A stretch of 63,767 nt of DNA, the filler included. It is 6 parts of 6 records of this genome, joined end to end, with 100 filler letters (N's around TTAATTAATTAA, not from the genome) between each part and the next. Parts side by side here need not be neighbours in the genome. Positions count along the whole stretch, not along the records: positions 22,291 to 31,449 come from SRR31156797_18505; positions 31,550 to 37,029 come from SRR31156797_18507; positions 37,130 to 50,872 come from SRR31156797_18513; 3 more parts are not named here. One strand, written 5' to 3'. Every line of letters starts with the position of its first letter. Within the stretch, counting starts at the first letter, position 1. Position numbers and translations under genes: made by a program. The notes under the pieces are model-generated. The model did no database searches. It worked only from the letters and a program-made list of their open reading frames with translations, and was not told the DNA's origin. Of this stretch, positions 29,604 to 39,231 are shown piece after piece.

Positions 29604-30620
29604 ATGGAATTACCTGCTATCACAATGACGCCAAAACCGCTTTTCGATTTTCTTTGTGGAACGACAAAATCGTGGATAATGATTACTGCAATAGAACTGA
29701 AGGTATTTAACCTGACGGTTGAAAACAAAACTGCCTCTGAAATTGCGTCATCCCTCAAAACCCATGAGGAAAATACAACCCTTTTTTTAAATGCCCTGTG
29801 CGCAATTCAACTTCTTGAAAAGGAAAACGGAACGTATCGCAATACTGAACTGTCAAACCTCTTCCTTGTTGAAGAAAAAGATTGCTATCTGGGTAAACTT
29901 CTTATGTTTTCCGATCAATGGAATTTTCAAACCAGGGAGCAGATGGCAAATGCCATTAAAAACGGCCCCGGGCCCCAGGTGGACAACGTTGATGATATGG
30001 GAAAAATGTTTGCGTCCCATGTGAACTCCATGAAAAATTATTCCCGGACCGGCATTTCACAATTGATGGCAAAGGAAATCGGCAAATTGCCCGAATTTTC
30101 CGGGATGAAAAAAATGCTCGAACTCGGGGGTGCCCACGGTATGGATTGCATTGCCGTTACCCAAAAAAATAAGTCTTTAAAAGGCGTTGTTTTTGATAAC
30201 CCCGCAGTGATAAAAATTACCAGGAAAATCATCGCCGAATATGGCATGGAAAAAAGGGTTACCGTCATGGAAGGAGATTATGCAACAGACCCCATTGGCA
30301 GCGGCTATGATCTTATTTATGCAAAAGCAACGTTGAATTTTTCCAAAGATAATTTGCAGCCTTTATTCGCAAAGATCTATGATGCCCTGAATCCCGGAGG
30401 CGTTTTCATATCTGTTCATGACGGACTCACAGAAGAACGCACAAAACCTGCTGGTATGGTGATCAGTTGGTTGCCGACCGGACTTTCTTCCCGGGATTTA
30501 TCTTTTGGCCGGGATATTATACCCGATGCCATGCTTCAAGCAGGATTCAAAACCGTAAAAGTTAAACCCCTCCCCTTTTCCATGTGTGAATCCATGGATA
30601 TGTGCATCGGAAGAAAATAG
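29604..30620 (+). CDS. Second SAM-dependent O-methyltransferase, paralogous to 25180-26208
   Basis: TAIELKVF, MLELGGAHG, GVVFD, EGDY, YDLI, HDGLTEERTKP (the paralog has HEGLTRERTRP). Confidence 0.88.
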   Translation: MELPAITMTPKPLFDFLCGTTKSWIMITAIELKVFNLTVENKTASEIASSLKTHEENTTLFLNALCAIQLLEKENGTYRNTELSNLFLVEEKDCYLGKLLMFSDQWNFQTREQMANAIKNGPGPQVDNVDDMGKMFASHVNSMKNYSRTGISQLMAKEIGKLPEFSGMKKMLELGGAHGMDCIAVTQKNKSLKGVVFDNPAVIKITRKIIAEYGMEKRVTVMEGDYATDPIGSGYDLIYAKATLNFSKDNLQPLFAKIYDALNPGGVFISVHDGLTEERTKPAGMVISWLPTGLSSRDLSFGRDIIPDAMLQAGFKTVKVKPLPFSMCESMDMCIGRK

Positions 30621-30752
30621 GGGCAGTGTTTTTATTTTTTCAACTCTCCAAGCCAAGCCCCTCTCCCAAAGGGTATCGGCCAAAACCATAAATCAGCCGT
30701 AATGCCGATGTGAGTCAAGGGGAAAATTTTGCTTGACCCGGGCCCGAATTCT

Positions 30753-30786
30753 TTGTTAACCACTATGCACTATGCAAGTTAACCAA
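30753..30786. promoter_or_regulatory. Candidate BirA operator (autoregulation)
   Basis: TTGTTAACC-N15-AGTTAACCAA resembles the TTGTnAACC-N14/15-GGTTnACAA BirA site and overlaps the birA start. Confidence 0.5.
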
Positions 30787-31449
30787 GTATTGCCGGATAA
30801 AAGGCAAAAGATTCTTAAGATTTTATACCAGTCGGATGGCGTACCTGTGTCCGGGGTCAAAATCAGTGAAGCAGCCGGAATTTCCCGGGTGGCCGTCTGG
30901 AAACACATTAAGGCATTAAAACTGGCCGGTGTGGATATTGAGGCCATGCCAACGGGGTATAAACTTCAGGATACCGATAACCTGCTGTATCCTTTTTGTT
31001 TCCCAGCGCACCTTCAGGACAGAATTTTCCACTTTCCGGAACTTGACTCTACCATGGACCAGGCCCGGAAGATGGTCCGGCAAGATCTGCCCCATGTCAG
31101 CTGCGTGATTGCCGAAGTCCAGACAGCCTCCAGGGGGAGGTTAAACAGGCCGTGGACCTCTGACCGGGGTGGACTCTGGTTTACCCTGATCCTTAAACCC
31201 GATTTGCCGCCTCCCCTGGCATGGACCATAAATTTTGCCGCGTCCGCCTGCATGTCCGAAGTGCTGGCCGATTTATTTGACCTGGATGTCCGCGTTAAAT
31301 GGCCCAATGATCTGCTGCTCAAGGGCCGCAAGCTATCGGGCATGCTGGCGGAAATAGAAACCCGGGCGGATATGGTGAATGTCCTGTTTCTGGGCATTGG
31401 CCTAAATGTGAACAATAAACCGGAATCAGATCAATACCAGGCCATTTCC
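30772..31449 (+). CDS. birA: Bifunctional biotin ligase/repressor BirA, 3' truncated by contig edge
   Basis: HTH SG..IS...GISRVAVWKHI, DSTM, QTASRGR, KWPNDLL, KLSGML. Confidence 0.93.
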
Positions 31450-31549
31450 NNNNNNNNNNNNNNNNNNNNNNNNNNNNNNNNNNNNNNNNNNNNTTAATTA
31501 ATTAANNNNNNNNNNNNNNNNNNNNNNNNNNNNNNNNNNNNNNNNNNNN
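31450..31549. other. Artificial contig spacer
   Basis: N run with TTAATTAATTAA. Confidence 0.98.
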
Positions 31550-34448
31550 TGGCTCTATAAAATACCTCTTCAATAGTTTTTGCTTTTTTCAAATAGGTCA
31601 TCATAATGATCCCATCATTGATAACAACTCCTGCTAGTCCTAAGGTTCCTATCATACTAGGCATAGAGAGGTTTTGTCCCATAATCATATGACCTATAAG
31701 CATCCCTAGAATAGAAAATGGGATCACGGACATTAAGATAAAGGTTTCTCTAAATGAGTTAAAGAGATAGAGCATTGAGAGCATGATAAGGAGTATTGCT
31801 AGTCCTGAAGCGATCATCATATCATGTTTAAGCTCTTTTTTCTTTTCAGCTTCCCCTTTAAAAGTGAGCTTGATTCCATTTTTTTCTATCTCATCTAAAA
31901 GAGGTTTTATTCTCTCAACTGCTTCAGTGGAAGTGATGATTTTTGGATCAACATTTGAGTAGATATAAAAGTTTTTTACCCCTCCATCTTTGGTAACTTG
32001 CTCAAAAGATTTGATCTCTTGGAACTCTACTATTTCATTGAGTCTTACATATTGTCCATTTGATAATGGGATTTGAGAGTTTTTAAAGCTTTCAAAATCA
32101 TCTTTATTGAGAGACTCTACTTTAATATCTAGCATACTTGTTTGATCAAAGGAAACCGCTTTTTTCTTTAAAAGATAGAGATTTGAAAGGTATGTTCCTA
32201 GGTAAGATTCATCGATACCTAGTTGCTCTCCATAGGAGTTTATTTTAAGTTTGATCTCATCTATACCAAAGCTTATAGAGTTGGCAACAGTTTTTACCCC
32301 TTCTAGTTCTCTAAGAGCAGTCATGATCTTATCTGTAGCTTTAATTACTGCTTGGTTATCATTTGAAACAAGACCAATTTTAATATCAGATTTTACAGGA
32401 CCCACCCGTCTTTCTAATACACTGATCTCATTGAGCTTGAATTTTTCTTTATAGTTTTTATTTTCTATAAATTTTTTAAGTTTTTTTGCGATTTGTTGAG
32501 AAGTCTCAGTTCTGGTTCGCCCCTCATCATCATAGTAAAAACTCAAGTATGGCGTAATATATTGATCTAAAATATTTGTAGGTTTTGATTTTGCAAGCTC
32601 CACGGTCATATACATCACATAAGGAAATCTCTCCGTATTACTTCCACTATCCCTTCTATACCCTGCAACAGAATCAATACTTCTAATAGAAAACTCTTTT
32701 TCTTTTTTCATAAGATCAGCTTCAATAGATTGAACTATTTTATAGGCATCTTCAAGTTTTGTATTTGGATTTGCTTTTATAGAGATTTTTACATCTGTTC
32801 CATCAAATTTTGGAAACATTTGAAATTTACTATTTTTGATCATGGTAACAGTAAGGACAGGAACACCTATAATAAAGATCACTAAAAAGAGCTTTTTCCA
32901 TCTCATACAAAAGTGGATGATACTGCTATATATTTTATTTGGTATCTCCCATGAGGTTACTTTTGAACCATTTTTTAAGGTATGACAGGCATGGATTGGT
33001 AAAAATAAAAATGATTCTATAAGTGAAGCCACAACTAAAGCTGATACTGCAATAGGAATCAACTTCATAACTTCTCCCATGGTTCCACTGATCATTAAAA
33101 TTGGGATAAAAGAGAATAGGGTGGTGATACTAGCAATGGTTACAGGCTTTGCCATCTCTTTTGCACCCATAATAGCAGCCTCTTTTGGTGGATATCCCTC
33201 TTCGATATGTTGTTGGATATTTTCACTGACAACGATAGCATCATCTACAACTATACCAATGGCGATAAGTACTCCAACTAAAGAGATCATATTGATACTA
33301 TATCCTGCTAGATAGATATAAAGAGCTCCTATGACAAATGATGTGGGGATCCCAATAGCGATAATAAGTGCCATTCTACTATTAATAAGAAGCGCTACAA
33401 ATATGGTGATCAAAACAATTCCAAGCATAATATTTGAAATAACGATATTTAATCTATCTCGAATCCTTTCACTATTGTCATCACTAATAGAGATATCGAT
33501 ATTTTTTACTTTTTCCTGCATTGAAGCGATCAGTTTTTTTACATCATCACTTACTTGAAGGGCATCTGCTGTATCAGATTGTTTTAAAGCTAAGGAGAGG
33601 GCATTTTTCCCATTAAATGAGTAAAGCGTAGAGGAGTCTTCATATTTTTTTGAGATCTTTGCCACATCACTTAAAGTGATATAGTTATCACCTAGTTTTA
33701 ATTTTGTATTAGCAAACTCTATAGCTGTTTTTTTCCCATTAAAAGTTGAGATATAGTAGTGCTTTTTACTATCTTCTATTTTCCCTACAGGAAAGATATA
33801 AGAAAGGGTTGAAATGGCATTGAATATATTTTGTTTATTCAGTCCATATGCTTCTATCTTTGAATCATCAATTAATACTTCAAAATATTTATCACTCTCT
33901 CCAAAGATACTTACTTCACTTACCCCTTTGACAGTCATAAGTTTGCTTTTAAACTCATCTGCAAAGTTTTTCATTTGATCCACTTCAAGTTCTTTTGAAG
34001 TAAGGGTGATATCTATAAGGTCTCTTGTACGATCTTGTACTACAACTGAAGGATCATCCATATCACTTGGAAGATTACTTTTTGTAAGATCAACTGCATC
34101 TTTTACTTTATTGAGCATGTTATATCGATTGAGCCCTTTTTTAAGCTCCAATACAATTGTAAACTTTCCTGGGCTGATCACTGTAGTAATATCTGTGATA
34201 CCATCGATATTTTTTACTTCATCTTCTATCTCAGTTACAGCCATACGATCTAATATATCTACACTTGCTCCACTATAACTTCCACTGATAGTGACCATAT
34301 CAAGCTCAAATGTAGGGAAGATCTCTTTTGGGGTTTTTGTATATGCCCAGATACCAATAGCAAAGATCAAAATAAAAAGGGTATAGTTCATCCTTGCATT
34401 TTCTACAAAGAAACGTAAAAATTTTTCAAAAGTGCCTTGGGTCTGCAT
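31550..34448 (-). CDS. RND efflux permease (AcrB/AcrD/AcrF family), 3' truncated
   Basis: KEIFP, GIVVDDAIVVSENI, second TM repeat with GVVINDGII. Confidence 0.92.
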
Positions 34449-34451
34449 GGG

Positions 34452-35780
34452 TTATTGTATCTTTTCTAATATGCTTTCTTCATTGGTTTGATCAAAATTA
34501 TATTTGATCACTATGATGTTTTCTGTATTGTTGATATACCATTCTTTTATCCCCTCAGCTGAATCTAAAGAGTTGAACTTGTTTTCATCTACATTCGCTA
34601 TAGGGATATAAAGATTTTTTTCTTTCATTGGATTTGTCATTAAAAACATAATGATTAGCCAAACAACAGATATCACAAGTAAGATCACTGATATATCATG
34701 TAAACTACTAATAAAACTTCCATCAAGCTCTTTAAAATAGACGCCACCGATAAATCCACCTAAAAAAGTTCCAAGATATCCAAAGGAGTTAAATACTCCA
34801 AGAACTTTTCCACGTTCATGTACTTTTGCATATTTTGCTGTTAAACTTTGCATAATAGGTTCATGCATATTAAATCCTATAAAAAAGAGGATAATCGCAA
34901 TTAAAAAAAGAGTCTCAGAGCTACTATTTCCAAAAGTAAGATATGATAGGGCAAAAAAGATGATCCCTAAGCTCATCACCTCTTTATATCTTCCTTTTTT
35001 TTGTGCCATCATTGCAGCTGGCCCCATTGCTAATACTCCTGCAATCATTGCAGGGATATAGATTTTCCAAAGCTCACTAAGTTCCCATCCATAGGTTTTG
35101 GTTAAAACAATAGGGATAATCATAAAAGCAAAGGTCATAAATGATTTTTGTAAGAAGTTAGAGATATTCATAATATTGATCTCTTTACTTTTTAGAAATT
35201 CGATTTTACTGTTATTATGATAGGTATGGGTCACTTTTGGAGAATCAGGCACAAATTTTACTATAATATAAATGGATGAGAGTGCTAAAAGTGTACTGAT
35301 CCAAAATAAAGAGTTAATTCCAGCAAACCCACCAATAAGTGGACCAAATACCATCGCAAGTGCAAAACTTCCTGCAATAAATCCACCCATAATAGCCATA
35401 GCTTTAGGCCGCTCCTCTTCACGTACATGATCACTGATCATAGCACTAATTACTGCTGCTATTGCTCCAGCTCCTTGTAAAAAACGACCAAGTAATAAAG
35501 TTAAAATATCAGTTGATATGGCACAAAGAATTGATCCAATAGCAAAAAGCACAAGTCCAGTGATAATGGTGCCTTTACGTCCAAGCATATCACTCATCAT
35601 TCCAAATGGAACTTGAAAGATCATTTGAGTTAAAGCAAATCCACCAATGACAATACCAACTAAAGCTGGAGTAGCACCTGGAAGGGAGAGAGCATAGACG
35701 GAGAGAACAGGGAGGACTATAAAAAGTCCAAGAAACCTAAAAGAGATAATAAGACTGAGTGGTAAGACCTTTTTAAACAT
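34452..35780 (-). CDS. MFS transporter (YajR-like)
   Basis: RFLGLFIVLPV, GMMSDMLGRK, GRFLQGAGA, 12 TM segments plus a small C-terminal domain. Confidence 0.9.
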   Translation of the reverse strand: MFKKVLPLSLIISFRFLGLFIVLPVLSVYALSLPGATPALVGIVIGGFALTQMIFQVPFGMMSDMLGRKGTIITGLVLFAIGSILCAISTDILTLLLGRFLQGAGAIAAVISAMISDHVREEERPKAMAIMGGFIAGSFALAMVFGPLIGGFAGINSLFWISTLLALSSIYIIVKFVPDSPKVTHTYHNNSKIEFLKSKEINIMNISNFLQKSFMTFAFMIIPIVLTKTYGWELSELWKIYIPAMIAGVLAMGPAAMMAQKKGRYKEVMSLGIIFFALSYLTFGNSSSETLFLIAIILFFIGFNMHEPIMQSLTAKYAKVHERGKVLGVFNSFGYLGTFLGGFIGGVYFKELDGSFISSLHDISVILLVISVVWLIIMFLMTNPMKEKNLYIPIANVDENKFNSLDSAEGIKEWYINNTENIIVIKYNFDQTNEESILEKIQ

Positions 35781-35898
35781 TGATTACCTTCGAAAAAAAT
35801 TTTGAGGATTATATCTAAAAATATGTAAAGTGTTATAAATGTAAATTTATTATGTTAATATTTTAAAAAATAATTTATAATTTACACAAAGGGACGAG

Positions 35899-36501
35899 AT
35901 GAAAATAGTTTTAGCAACATCTAATAAAGGAAAAATCAAAGAGATAAAAAAGCTATTACCTGATCATGAGGTAGTAGCATATAGTGATATTTTAGAGCCA
36001 TTTGAGATTATTGAAGATGGGAAAAGCTTTAAAGAAAATGCAATTATAAAAGCAAAAGCAGTAAATGAAAAACTAAAAAACACAAATGAAACAGAGTATA
36101 TTGTAATTAGTGATGATAGTGGGATAACAGTGCCAGTCCTTAATAATGAACCAGGAATTTATAGTGCAAGATATGCAGGTGAGAATGCAACAGATGAGCA
36201 GAATAATCAAAAACTGATTGAAAAGATACACGCTTTAGGTTTACAAGAAGCAAAGGCATTTTACACGGCGTGTTTAGCTGTGTCTTATAAAGATGAGGTT
36301 TATACAACCCATGGATGGATGTATGGAAAGGTGATCGATAAACAGCTTGGAACAAATGGATTTGGATATGATCCTATGTTTATCCCTAAGGGGCATGAGC
36401 AAACTTTAGGAGAGCTTGATGAGGAGCTTAAAAAAAAGTTGGGTCATCGAGCCAAAGGATTAAAACTTGCAATGTTGATCATTAAAAAACTATTAAAATA
36501 A
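35899..36501 (+). CDS. rdgB: RdgB/HAM1 non-canonical purine NTP pyrophosphatase
   Basis: ATSNKGKIKE, DDSG, PGIYSARYAG, GFGYDPMF, GHR. Confidence 0.94.
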   Translation: MKIVLATSNKGKIKEIKKLLPDHEVVAYSDILEPFEIIEDGKSFKENAIIKAKAVNEKLKNTNETEYIVISDDSGITVPVLNNEPGIYSARYAGENATDEQNNQKLIEKIHALGLQEAKAFYTACLAVSYKDEVYTTHGWMYGKVIDKQLGTNGFGYDPMFIPKGHEQTLGELDEELKKKLGHRAKGLKLAMLIIKKLLK

Positions 36502-36582
36502 AAAGCTTATTTTTTTTTAGATACAATCACGAAAAATAAGATTAAAAGTTTTGATAATTATAGAATATAGGGTATAAGACGA

Positions 36583-37029
36583 GTGAAAAAAGCAACAAAA
36601 AAAGATATAGAGTTTATAAAAGAGAAGTTTTTAGCTACATATGATAATGCTGTAACTGAACTAGCTTATAAAAATGATTATGAACTTTTAATTGCAATTA
36701 TTCTCTCCGCTCAATGTACTGATAAAAGAGTCAATATAATAACTCCTTCACTTTTTGAAAAGTACCCAACACCCAAAGAGCTAGCTTGTGCTGAGCTTGA
36801 AGAGGTAAAAGAGCTTTTAAAAAGTTGTAGTTTTTTTAATAATAAAGCAAAAAATATTATCGCAATGGCACAAAGTGTCAATGAACTTCATAATGGAGAG
36901 ATTCCTCATGATACAAAAGCTTTAATAAAACTAGCTGGAGTGGGGAATAAAACAGCCAACGTTTTTATGATAGAAGCTGAGGGTGCAAACCTGATGGCAG
37001 TAGATACTCATGTATTTAGAGTTTCTCAT
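36583..37029 (+). CDS. nth: Endonuclease III, 3' truncated
   Basis: LSAQCTDKRVN, HhH LAGVGNKTA, AVDTHVFR. Confidence 0.94.
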
Positions 37030-37129
37030 NNNNNNNNNNNNNNNNNNNNNNNNNNNNNNNNNNNNNNNNNNNNTTAATTAATTAANNNNNNNNNNNNNNN
37101 NNNNNNNNNNNNNNNNNNNNNNNNNNNNN
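37030..37129. other. Artificial contig spacer
   Basis: N run with TTAATTAATTAA. Confidence 0.98.
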
Positions 37130-37178
37130 TAAGAAACTAATTAAAATTTATATAGTTTAAATTATTTTAGAATTATAG

Positions 37179-38039
37179 TTAACTATAAAATGCAGATTTT
37201 AATACCGGATATGTAAAGAAGAAAAAATGTATAATATTCAGGAAATAATGAACTAATATAGCATACTCAATTTTTTTAGTTGATTGATATATGTATCCAT
37301 ATGCCAAACCGGAAAGTGTTGCCAGAATGATATATTTAATTCCACCTGCAAAATGAGCAAGTCCAAATAAAACACTTGCTAAAATTAATCCAATCCAATT
37401 GCTGTATGAAAATTTGCTAAACAAATTTACTAATTTCGATTGAATTAATTTCCTAAAAATAATCTCTTCGGGAATACATGTGAAAAATAAATTTGCAAAT
37501 AAAAATGGGATGGTGATATTAGGTATTTTAGGATCAAATCTAACATACCCAAGTAAGTAAGAGCATAATATAATGAGCAGGATACTAAAAAAACTGTAAA
37601 ATATAACTTTTCTAAAGTTTCTCTTTATATTATCAAAATTTTTAATAAGATCATTGGAGAAAAAGAGTATAAAAAAACCGATAACAGCTTTATCAAAATT
37701 AAAATAAAGCGAATACGGGAGAGCATCTTTACTTATAATAATTTTATTTGCAATGTTAAAATTATTAAATCCCGGAATGATATGCAACATGTACGCGATG
37801 GACAAAATCAGAATACTTATAAATGTTATATTTTTATATTTAGTGAGTTCGAAATAGGAGTAACTTAGAATTCCGAATAATATTATAGAAATTATTCCAA
37901 GTAATCCAATGAAATTGAATATGAATGCGAGTATAATAGAGATAGCAAAAGTGCCTAAAGAGATTTGCTTTTTCCATTTAGAATTGAACCATAAAGATAT
38001 TATAGATAAAATTAAAGTACCATAAATTACTAAAACCAT
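37179..38039 (-). CDS. CPBP (CAAX protease/Abi-like) intramembrane metalloprotease
   Basis: EEIIFR, FGLAH, H...N motifs in a polytopic membrane protein. Confidence 0.87.
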   Translation of the reverse strand: MVLVIYGTLILSIISLWFNSKWKKQISLGTFAISIILAFIFNFIGLLGIISIILFGILSYSYFELTKYKNITFISILILSIAYMLHIIPGFNNFNIANKIIISKDALPYSLYFNFDKAVIGFFILFFSNDLIKNFDNIKRNFRKVIFYSFFSILLIILCSYLLGYVRFDPKIPNITIPFLFANLFFTCIPEEIIFRKLIQSKLVNLFSKFSYSNWIGLILASVLFGLAHFAGGIKYIILATLSGLAYGYIYQSTKKIEYAILVHYFLNIIHFFFFTYPVLKSAFYS

Positions 38040-38145
38040 ATTAAGAACCTCCAGATGAATTGAGTACTTTATTATACTATAAATTGTATTTTATGACTAA
38101 TCAAGCTATAATTACATGGAAGTAAAACAAAAGGAGGAGAAAAGA

Positions 38146-38985
38146 ATGCTTAAATTAATAAAACTAATCGTACTTTCAATGTTATTACTTACATTTAGCA
38201 TAATCTATGCGAACGAAGACTCTGTAGGTGATGAGATAGGAGTATGGTATATAAGTAATGGAAAATTAATAAGTAATGATGTCAAAGAGGATAAATTAGC
38301 ACACGCTAATTGGAATGAGGCTTACAAGATACTTCCAAAGGAATTAATAGATGAATATGTGAGGTCACTTCGACTATACACTGATGGTAAAGGTAACGAT
38401 CTGGGAGGAATGAATCAGTTAGATGATAGTAATAGTAACTGGCAGTTTGATCTGGATGTTAAGGATATGAAACTGCTGGGGAAAAAAAGAAAAGAGATAA
38501 TTGACTCTACTCACACTCTTATACATGAATTTGGTCATCTGTTAACTTTAAATATTGATCAAATTATACCGTATGATAGTGATCCAGATGCGGAATTGGG
38601 AGATTATTTTACAAGTGAAGGAGATGCCTTAAAATCAAGTTATATGGAAAAATTTATAAATAAATTTTGGAATGAAGATCTTTTAGATGAATGGTTTGAG
38701 ATTGATGAGAATTCGGATGAAGATGAAAGACTGGATATGTTATATGAATTTTATCTTGATAATGAACTAGATTTTGTAAGTGATTATGCTGCCGAAAGTC
38801 CTGAAGAAGATATCGCAGAGTCATGGACGTTTTTTGTACTGACTGATAAACCACGAGGGAGATATATTAAGGAGCAAAAAGTTAGATTTTTTTATAGATT
38901 TCCTGAGTTAGTAGAGTATCGAGACCATATTAGAAAAAATATCAGGTTTATTCCTGAAAATTATCTAGAAACATTTGGTGAATAA
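38146..38985 (+). CDS. Secreted acidic zincin-like metallopeptidase of unknown function
   Basis: Signal peptide; HTLIHEFGH; FVSDYAAESPEEDIAES; RBS AAGGAGG. Confidence 0.75.
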   Translation: MLKLIKLIVLSMLLLTFSIIYANEDSVGDEIGVWYISNGKLISNDVKEDKLAHANWNEAYKILPKELIDEYVRSLRLYTDGKGNDLGGMNQLDDSNSNWQFDLDVKDMKLLGKKRKEIIDSTHTLIHEFGHLLTLNIDQIIPYDSDPDAELGDYFTSEGDALKSSYMEKFINKFWNEDLLDEWFEIDENSDEDERLDMLYEFYLDNELDFVSDYAAESPEEDIAESWTFFVLTDKPRGRYIKEQKVRFFYRFPELVEYRDHIRKNIRFIPENYLETFGE

Positions 38986-39000
38986 AACAAATAAAATTTT

Positions 39001-39034
39001 AGCCTTCCATGAATTATTCGTGGAAGGCTTTTTT
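39001..39034 (+). terminator. Rho-independent terminator
   Basis: AGCCTTCCATGAAT-T-ATTCGTGGAAGGCT followed by a T run. Confidence 0.8.
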
Positions 39035-39231
39035 GGTGTTTTTGTTTGCAAAAAAACAATGTTTTAAGTTAAAAAATGCGAAAAAAACATCTGAAGATAT
39101 GAAATTGAAAGAAAATGATTTTATTTAATTAAAAGGAAAAAATATCTCTTTAACGAATAACTATTTTGGAAAAAGTATTTTTATTTGGAAGAGGATTTGC
39201 CAGGAAATATTTACTTAAATTTGAATAGTCA

